Source: Elusimicrobiota bacterium
Lineage (GTDB): Bacteria > Elusimicrobiota > Elusimicrobia > UBA1565
NCBI GenBank assembly: GCA_043819795.1
Contig: JBDREN010000120.1
Location: forward strand, 1 to 64,000
DNA: 64,000 nt
Reading direction: 5' to 3'
A program made the position numbers and the translations under genes. Under the pieces are notes generated by a model. The model saw only the letters and a list, made by a program, of their open reading frames with translations, searched no databases and was not told where the DNA came from. Position 1 is the stretch's first letter; each line of letters begins with the position of its first letter. Shown piece after piece: positions 58,801 through 64,000 of the stretch.

Positions 58801-59468
58801 AATCCGGCGTCTATGTGCTCTCCGCGGCGGCCCCTTCTTATTGGGACCGCGGCGAGGACGCGGCGCTGGATTACCTGGCACTGGAGGCGTTCTCCGGAGC
58901 CGCGCCCCACTCGTTCTTCATGCAGACCTGGGCGGCCGGCCTGGCCTACTCGAACGGCGTCAGCCCCTCCCTGGACCGGGGGCGCGTGGCCTACTACGCG
59001 GAGCGCTGCCCGGACCTGACGGCGACGATGCGGTTCGTGACGGAGCTGGTGCGCGACACAGAGATGGATGATGTTTCCTTCCTGGATTTCGCCGTGGCGA
59101 ACTCCTTCGGGGACTACCGCGGAGCCGCCGGCTTCTCCACGCGAGGCTCCGCCATGGCGACCGACATCGCCGATGGGAAGACGCCCGAGGTCGTGCGCCG
59201 CTTCAAGCGCGGCCTCTTGCGAGCCGCGCTCGTTCCCGGCGCCCTGAAGAGCCTGCGAAAGCGGCTGCCGTCGACTTTGGGCTCGGTGCTGATCGGCTAC
59301 GGGAAGAAGATGGCCAAGGCCCTGCGGGCCGCGGGCGTCGTCATCGGCCCGGACCGGCTCCTCGACCGCTACGCGGATTTCCTCAAGGAGAACGGCGAGG
59401 CCCGGCGCCTGATCAAGCTCTATCCCCGGGACTTCTGGTTCTTCGACGCCGAGCGGGGAGCGCGTTAA
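55890..59468 (+). CDS. M16 (insulinase / PreP-like) metallopeptidase, probably exported
   Basis: GEPHTQEH HxxEH, KGTVYNEM and GLAY motifs; short signal-like N-terminus. Confidence 0.85.
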   Translation: MTRLTLSLGLLATQAAAEPALADPRDFTKDAEIEGYRVISLYLDVQGQPMGARFRHGNGMPVDIIRVPSVPQVSLNVATPPDSDKGEPHTQEHLILGKGKTGIYLNSLFSMSLADHTAATYADVTNYQFHTAADKETFYRLLHQFFKALIRPDYTDEEIRREVANLGVVEDPKSGLLRPEEKGTVYNEMVSTMEKSDSVNWYQMTPLIFGKDNPMARNQGGLPSAIREMTPRDIRRFHRIRYHFGSNMALIAALPASYPFREFLSRLNGVMKAVEPEALDAAPGCLPRTGGGTGERCARYPAIPPYKPAKGAPIVIGSYPGEDPNLPQSVAFSWKPLKRALSPRESVELGLLLSVLADGETSFLYRDLIDEKTRAMGSGATNVGSYFLEAPANVPMVFLSGLPPSDLTRDKLGEIRKAVMNRVRSLREARRRSPVLKELNDKAASLLSSHRRSALKFIDAPPGFGRRHSGISWHQHLDTLHQAPGFRKALAMTPWFDAVEKKLKSGDNFWESVILRNGLDKEPIVSAVRPDKSLLESDRKAKAERLKAHEARLLRKFGTKDAQRALARHKTEQEKKTAELKEQEESVKRPRFVGDPPLTLDEMIDWEEGVLSGPVRVVTSRFPSTPFTDVHVLFDLRRLPEEDLPYLPVLPPLLTELGATTRDGERLDYVAMRERWRAEIYGLSASLSENPRTGRLELSLAASGSGPRENVKAVEWLENCLFRADVSSRTTGRLRAVLRDRIRGLRQIFQLSEERWVRQAADAYAYQDDARWMSVKSPFTRLQHFNRVYFRLAGYPDAGTRALVEETLRDLARETREGTRARIMERIDGLASGAGLRPENPETPILVDFGQYLQAELAWLPEGSWRRDLARMIRQTAADLARDPAAEMRHMKNILSDTLTRRNARAALTGNPKDTRDILPALRSLAEALPKGKRPSSRRGRTGSVVLARLRERHPGLKRPVHVGLVNNSTKSGVYVLSAAAPSYWDRGEDAALDYLALEAFSGAAPHSFFMQTWAAGLAYSNGVSPSLDRGRVAYYAERCPDLTATMRFVTELVRDTEMDDVSFLDFAVANSFGDYRGAAGFSTRGSAMATDIADGKTPEVVRRFKRGLLRAALVPGALKSLRKRLPSTLGSVLIGYGKKMAKALRAAGVVIGPDRLLDRYADFLKENGEARRLIKLYPRDFWFFDAERGAR

Positions 59469-59513
59469 GCGCCCCCGGCTGCAAAGGCGACGGCGTCTCA
59501 ACGGCGTCAACGA

Positions 59514-59570
59514 CGTTGAGTTTGTTGACTAACTGGCGACCACATGCGGACTTACTCGACAAACTCAACG
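59514..59570. repeat. AT-rich intergenic inverted repeat
   Basis: cgttgagtttgttgacta / tactcgacaaactcaacg, 16/18 complementary. Confidence 0.75.
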
Positions 59571-59587
59571 CCCACTGTCTTCTTCGA

Positions 59588-59616
59588 TTGACCGCGAAAC
59601 CGATCGGGGCTATACT
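59588..59616 (+). promoter_or_regulatory. Sigma70-type promoter
   Basis: TTGACC-N17-TATACT. Confidence 0.7.
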
Positions 59617-59634
59617 CCCCGGGGGGGGATCATT

Positions 59635-60000
59635 ATGCTCTGTCCAAAGTGCGAGAAGTCCGAACTGACGGCCCACCGGGTCAATATGCTGCTGGAGACC
59701 GACCATTGCGCCAGGTGCGGCGGGGTCTGGTTCGACCAGCAGGAAGTGTACGCCCGGATCAAGCGGCCCGCGCAGTTCTTTGAGGTATTCAAGGCGGCCT
59801 ACGCCGATTCGACCGACACGAAATACGCCTGTCCCCGGGACGGCAAGCCCATGATCCAAGCGACGATCGAGGCCGCGGAACTGCCCTTCGAGGCCTGCAC
59901 TCAATGCGGCGGGATGTGGTTCGACGAGGGCGAGGTCGAGAAGCTCAATCGCTACCTCGATGACTGGGACGCCTGCTCGGCGGAAGGCCCCAAGCCCTGA
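59635..60000 (+). CDS. Tandem zf-TFIIB-like zinc-finger protein
   Basis: CPKC..CARCGGVWFD and CPRD..CTQCGGMWFDEGE. Confidence 0.85.
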   Translation: MLCPKCEKSELTAHRVNMLLETDHCARCGGVWFDQQEVYARIKRPAQFFEVFKAAYADSTDTKYACPRDGKPMIQATIEAAELPFEACTQCGGMWFDEGEVEKLNRYLDDWDACSAEGPKP

Positions 60001-60084
60001 CCCCCATCCACGCCCTCGCTGAAAGGCACGCATGATCGAGAATGCGCGGCATTATGTGCTCGCGGCGGGGCTGACCGAAAAGAA

Positions 60085-60660
60085 TCAGGCGGGACCTTGC
60101 TCGGACCTCTCGCGCGGCCGATCCCCGGCATTTCGCGCGCGCCTCAAGTAATACAGGCCCGCGTAGATCCTCGGATCCACGAGGAGCCCCTTGGCTTGCT
60201 GCCGCCTGAGCCAATCATCCACATCCGGGACCGGCACTTCATGGACGGATATCGATTCAGTATGATCGCCGCCCCCCTCTCCCGCTTTTTCCAAGCCCGT
60301 CGCATGGAAGAAAGAGAGGATATCGGATGTCGAGGCTTGAGAAGACGGCCCCTCAAAGATCAACTCGGCGTCGGCCGCCGCGTACCCGGTCTCCTCCAGG
60401 AGCTCGCGTTTCGCGGCCTCCTGCAAGGTTTCACGCGGACCTGTCGCGGAATCGTTGGCAAGTCCCGCCGGGAATTCGATCACCTTGCCGCGGACCGGGA
60501 TACGGTGCTGTTCCACCAAGACAAGCTTGTCCTCATCCGTCACCCCGATGATGACCGCGATCCCCGTGCAATTCACTCGCTCCGTATATTCCCACCCATC
60601 ACGGCAAACGAAACGCCGGTACTTCCCTTCATATAGGACCATCTTCCCTGTGTTTCCCAT
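60085..60660 (-). CDS. NUDIX hydrolase, ADP-ribose pyrophosphatase-like
   Basis: QHRIP, EFPAGL and AAKRELLEETGY motifs. Confidence 0.9.
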   Translation of the reverse strand: MGNTGKMVLYEGKYRRFVCRDGWEYTERVNCTGIAVIIGVTDEDKLVLVEQHRIPVRGKVIEFPAGLANDSATGPRETLQEAAKRELLEETGYAAADAELIFEGPSSQASTSDILSFFHATGLEKAGEGGGDHTESISVHEVPVPDVDDWLRRQQAKGLLVDPRIYAGLYYLRRARNAGDRPRERSEQGPA

Positions 60661-60675
60661 AACCCGGTTCTTAGA

Positions 60676-62619
60676 CTATCCGGGACGCTCCGGCCTGTGG
60701 GTGAAGAAGCGCCCCTGCGCGTAAGTCATGCGCATCCGGGCGTTGATCGCCCACCCGGAGGCCTCCAGGATGGCCGCGAGGTCGCGCCGCCGGAGCTTGA
60801 AGAAGGCCGCGGCGATCGCGGGCAGGACCACGGCGAAGACCGCGCCCGCGGTCCCCGCGAGGACTTTGTAGAGGGCCACCCCCGCGAGGGTCTTGGTGAT
60901 GAACGCGGCCGCCGACCCGAGGGCAGCCGTTCCCATCATGATGCCGCCGATGGCCACCGCCGGCGAGGCGCCGCCCGAGATGAGGGAATCGAGCTTCTTC
61001 TCGGCGCCGCCCGTGATGGACTCGATCTTGCCCATCAGGGTGCGGCCCAGCCGCCCGAACGGGGCCACGATCGCCTCCCCGAACCCGATGGGGTTCTCGA
61101 TGATGTGAACGACCCTCGCGTCGCGCTCCCGGCCCTGGAGGTCCCAAAACAGCCCGCGCTTGCCCACGCAGAGGTTGCCGCGCCCGCCCGAGGTCACGGG
61201 GATGGCGACCTCGTAAGCTCCCCCGTCCTGCTTGGCGTCCACCTCGACGTACATCACGAACATCTGGCTCGCCTCCGCGACCTTGACATGCCCGGCGCGT
61301 TCGCGCACCCGCACCGCCAAGCAGAAGCGGCGGCCGTCCATCACCAGGGTCCCCGCCTCGAAGAGCGCCCGCCGGTCGTTGACGTAGAGGTCCGGGAAAC
61401 TCACGAAGTTGTTCGCCAGAGACAACAGATGGGCCTGGTACAGGATGAGCTTCTCGATCAGCCGGACATCGTCCATCGCGGCAGCCATCGCCCGCCCGCG
61501 CGCGATCAGCTTCCGTACGCCCTCGGCCTGCTTGCCGCCGAGGTAAGCGCGCAGCTTCTCGAGCCCGAGCGGCTCGACGACGGCTCCCGCCTTCTTCTCC
61601 TCCCACGTCCCGTGCTCGGCGAAGAAGGCCCGCACGGCCCGCCAGTCTCCCTCGGAAAGCTCTTCGACCGCACGCCCGAGCGCCGGCTCGATCGCCCGCT
61701 TGCGCAGCTGGAGCAAGTCCGGCTCGAAATGGGGGTTCAGCGGCTCCGCGAAAGCGAGTATCCGTTCCGGCCTCGGCCGCGAGAGCGGCGCCTTCTTGAG
61801 CAGATCCTCGAGCACCGAGCGGTCCGCGAGGTCGAGCTTCTCCAGCTCGCCGGGACGCGCGCCGAAATGCCCGTCCACGCCGCCGTCAAGGACAAGGAAC
61901 CGGCACTGGGCGAAGTACTGGTCCACCTTCTCGCCGAGCGTCCGGAGCAAGGCGTAGGCGGGCGCGGTATCCGGCCCGAGCGGCATGATCCCCGAGCGCT
62001 TGTCTCCGTCGGCCAGCGTCCCCCGCTCCTGCCAGCCGAGGTAGGCCTTGGCCTCGTCGAGGAACTTCGCGAGCTGCTCCTCGCCCACGCCCTGCTTGCC
62101 GCCCGGGTGAGCGGCCCCTCCCACGGTCGCGAGCACGTCGGCCAGAAACGCCTTGAGCTCGGGGGTCTCGGCGGCCTCCTCCAAGACCACGCCCTCCTCG
62201 CTGACCGGAAACTTCTCCATCCCGGCCTTGATCCCGCGGACCTGCTCGAGAGCGATCTCCTTGTCCCCGTCCCGGCCCATCCGCGAGAGCAGCCTCGCGG
62301 CCGCGTCCCGAGCCCGGCGCCCCTCCTCCGACCCGCCGTCGATATGGGCCAACGACAGGGTCCGGCTTCCGGCCACCACGCCCGCTTCCTCGCGCAGGCA
62401 CGCGAGGGTCCATTCGATCGCCTGCCTGATGTCGCCGCAGAGCAGGCGACCGTCGCCGTCAGCGTCCACCAGACGGAGGAAGGTCTTGTCGCAGTAGATG
62501 GCCTCGACCGGAGCGCCGGTGGCCACCCAGTGCGCCTCATTGAGCTTGAGCACGGACCGCAGGTCCGCGACCGACTCGATCACCAGATGCCGCGTGCGGC
62601 CGTAGCGCCGGAATCTCAT
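60676..62619 (-). CDS. Hypothetical protein with an EF-hand-like loop and C-terminal TM helices
   Basis: DADGDGRL loop, host-like codon usage, hydrophobic C-terminus, GWAINAR. Confidence 0.8.
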   Translation of the reverse strand: MRFRRYGRTRHLVIESVADLRSVLKLNEAHWVATGAPVEAIYCDKTFLRLVDADGDGRLLCGDIRQAIEWTLACLREEAGVVAGSRTLSLAHIDGGSEEGRRARDAAARLLSRMGRDGDKEIALEQVRGIKAGMEKFPVSEEGVVLEEAAETPELKAFLADVLATVGGAAHPGGKQGVGEEQLAKFLDEAKAYLGWQERGTLADGDKRSGIMPLGPDTAPAYALLRTLGEKVDQYFAQCRFLVLDGGVDGHFGARPGELEKLDLADRSVLEDLLKKAPLSRPRPERILAFAEPLNPHFEPDLLQLRKRAIEPALGRAVEELSEGDWRAVRAFFAEHGTWEEKKAGAVVEPLGLEKLRAYLGGKQAEGVRKLIARGRAMAAAMDDVRLIEKLILYQAHLLSLANNFVSFPDLYVNDRRALFEAGTLVMDGRRFCLAVRVRERAGHVKVAEASQMFVMYVEVDAKQDGGAYEVAIPVTSGGRGNLCVGKRGLFWDLQGRERDARVVHIIENPIGFGEAIVAPFGRLGRTLMGKIESITGGAEKKLDSLISGGASPAVAIGGIMMGTAALGSAAAFITKTLAGVALYKVLAGTAGAVFAVVLPAIAAAFFKLRRRDLAAILEASGWAINARMRMTYAQGRFFTHRPERPG

Positions 62620-62762
62620 GGCTCTAGCTCCTCAATGGGGGTCTACGGCAAGGCAAATCATACCCAAATAGGCCATTCTCATTATTACATTTTTTCAGAC
62701 GGCAAGCCGCGCACTCCGGCCGGCATCCCCGTCTCCCCGGAGGATTATTGCATAATACCGCG

Positions 62763-63899
62763 ATGAACGGCCCCATGGCGATGGCACTCTTCCTCGCGAC
62801 CGTCATATCCATCTACCTCGGGATGCAGTACTACGTCGCCTTCTGGGTGATACGGTATTTCCCGGGGTTCCCCGTCCACCCCGCCATCATACGGTGCGCG
62901 GTTTTGCTCATCGCCCTTTCGTCCCCCTTTTCTCTCTTTTGGCTGAGGCGTCATGGCGGGCCGGCGGCCGAGGCCTTCGCCTTCGCGGCCTGCGTATGGC
63001 TGGGAGTCTCTTTCGTATGGCTGGTGTGGGGCCTGCTCGGAGACCTGGTCTGGGTCATCGCGCGCATCGCGGGGACGTCCACCTCGGTCAAACGGATCAT
63101 CGGCCAGACGGTGCTCGCGGTCGTCGCGGCCCTGTGCCTCTACGCCTTCTGGAGCGCCTCCCGGCCGCCAGAGCTCAAGCGGATCGAGCTAGCCGTCCCC
63201 GGCCTGCCCGCGGCATTGGACGGCTTCTCCATCGTACAGATATCGGACCTGCACCTCGACACCACCATCCCGCTGAAGAGGCTCGAGCAGGCGGCCGCCA
63301 TGATCGCCGCCATAGGCCCGGACCTTATCGCCTTCACCGGCGACATCGTGGAGCCGGGATTCCGCAAGAAAGCGCGGCTCAAGGAGCTGGGATCCCGTAT
63401 GCGCGCGAAGTACGGCGCGGTAGCGGTCTTGGGCAACCACGAGTTCTATCTTGGGACGAAGACCGCGATCGAATGCCACGAGAGCCTTGGGGCGCGCCTG
63501 CTGAGAGACGAGGTCATCGAGCTACCCGCCGGCATCCAGGTCGCGGGGGTGGACGACATACGCACGTCCCGGATGACCCGGGAGGAGGTCCGGCAGGTCC
63601 TCCGGAAACTCGATCCGGACAAGCCGTCCGTCTTCCTCTCCCATCAACCCATGATGTTCGACCTGGCCGCGGAGCACGGAGTGGACCTGATGCTGTCGGG
63701 GCATACGCACCGGGGACAGATATTCCCCTTCCACGCTTTCGTCAAGATGTCCCACCCATACTTCCACGGGCTCTACCACATCGGAGACTCCCGCCTCTAT
63801 GTGACATCGGGCGCCGGCCATTGGGGACCGCCCATGCGCCTCTTCGCCCCCTCGGAGGTGGTCCACATCACGCTGCGCTCCAAATCCTCGCGCCCATGA
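62763..63899 (+). CDS. Membrane-bound metallophosphoesterase (YkuE-like)
   Basis: N-terminal TMs; SDLH, GD, GNHE, SHQP and GHTHRGQ motifs. Confidence 0.93.
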   Translation: MNGPMAMALFLATVISIYLGMQYYVAFWVIRYFPGFPVHPAIIRCAVLLIALSSPFSLFWLRRHGGPAAEAFAFAACVWLGVSFVWLVWGLLGDLVWVIARIAGTSTSVKRIIGQTVLAVVAALCLYAFWSASRPPELKRIELAVPGLPAALDGFSIVQISDLHLDTTIPLKRLEQAAAMIAAIGPDLIAFTGDIVEPGFRKKARLKELGSRMRAKYGAVAVLGNHEFYLGTKTAIECHESLGARLLRDEVIELPAGIQVAGVDDIRTSRMTREEVRQVLRKLDPDKPSVFLSHQPMMFDLAAEHGVDLMLSGHTHRGQIFPFHAFVKMSHPYFHGLYHIGDSRLYVTSGAGHWGPPMRLFAPSEVVHITLRSKSSRP

Positions 63900-63944
63900 T
63901 CGCCTCGCGGTGAGCCGCGGCGGCCCTCAGGACTGTTTGCGGCC

Positions 63945-64000
63945 CTAGCAGCCCGTGGCAAAAGTATTTCGGACGGCGAAATCGCCTGGAGCGAGCCGAG
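63945..64000. mobile_element. Second copy of the MITE-like element (cut by the window end)
   Basis: 52/56 identical to the reverse complement of 33577-33632. Confidence 0.8.

Overview
A high-GC bacterial chromosomal window. The lineage is possibly Elusimicrobiota-like, inferred only from the style of the giant secreted protein and its C-terminal Ig domain. It carries housekeeping genes (typA, hemB-hemL, rnpB, rnhA, cold-shock protein, NUDIX hydrolases), many peptidases, an MMPL/LolA-like/beta-barrel trio, the 5' end of an IS110 transposase, a MITE family and a structured dispersed repeat family. The main discovery is at 16.1-29.6 kb. A 3795-aa secreted protein contains six FN3-like cores that lack their first two beta-strands. 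The small secreted protein encoded directly upstream ends in just such an orphan two-strand segment. This suggests a split-domain (donor-strand) scaffold/cargo docking system with six sites. That operon and two LamG surface-protein genes share one promoter architecture (CTGAC-N45-GTCAG, then TGTCC abutting the -35 box), pointing to a common regulon. Other findings: a 40-bp duplicated gene end flanking a LamG gene, LamG domains inserted inside TSP3 repeats, a shared Cys-rich C-terminal module, a compensated variant of the RNase P P4 helix, and frequent leaderless genes. All calls come from reading the sequence; no searches were run.
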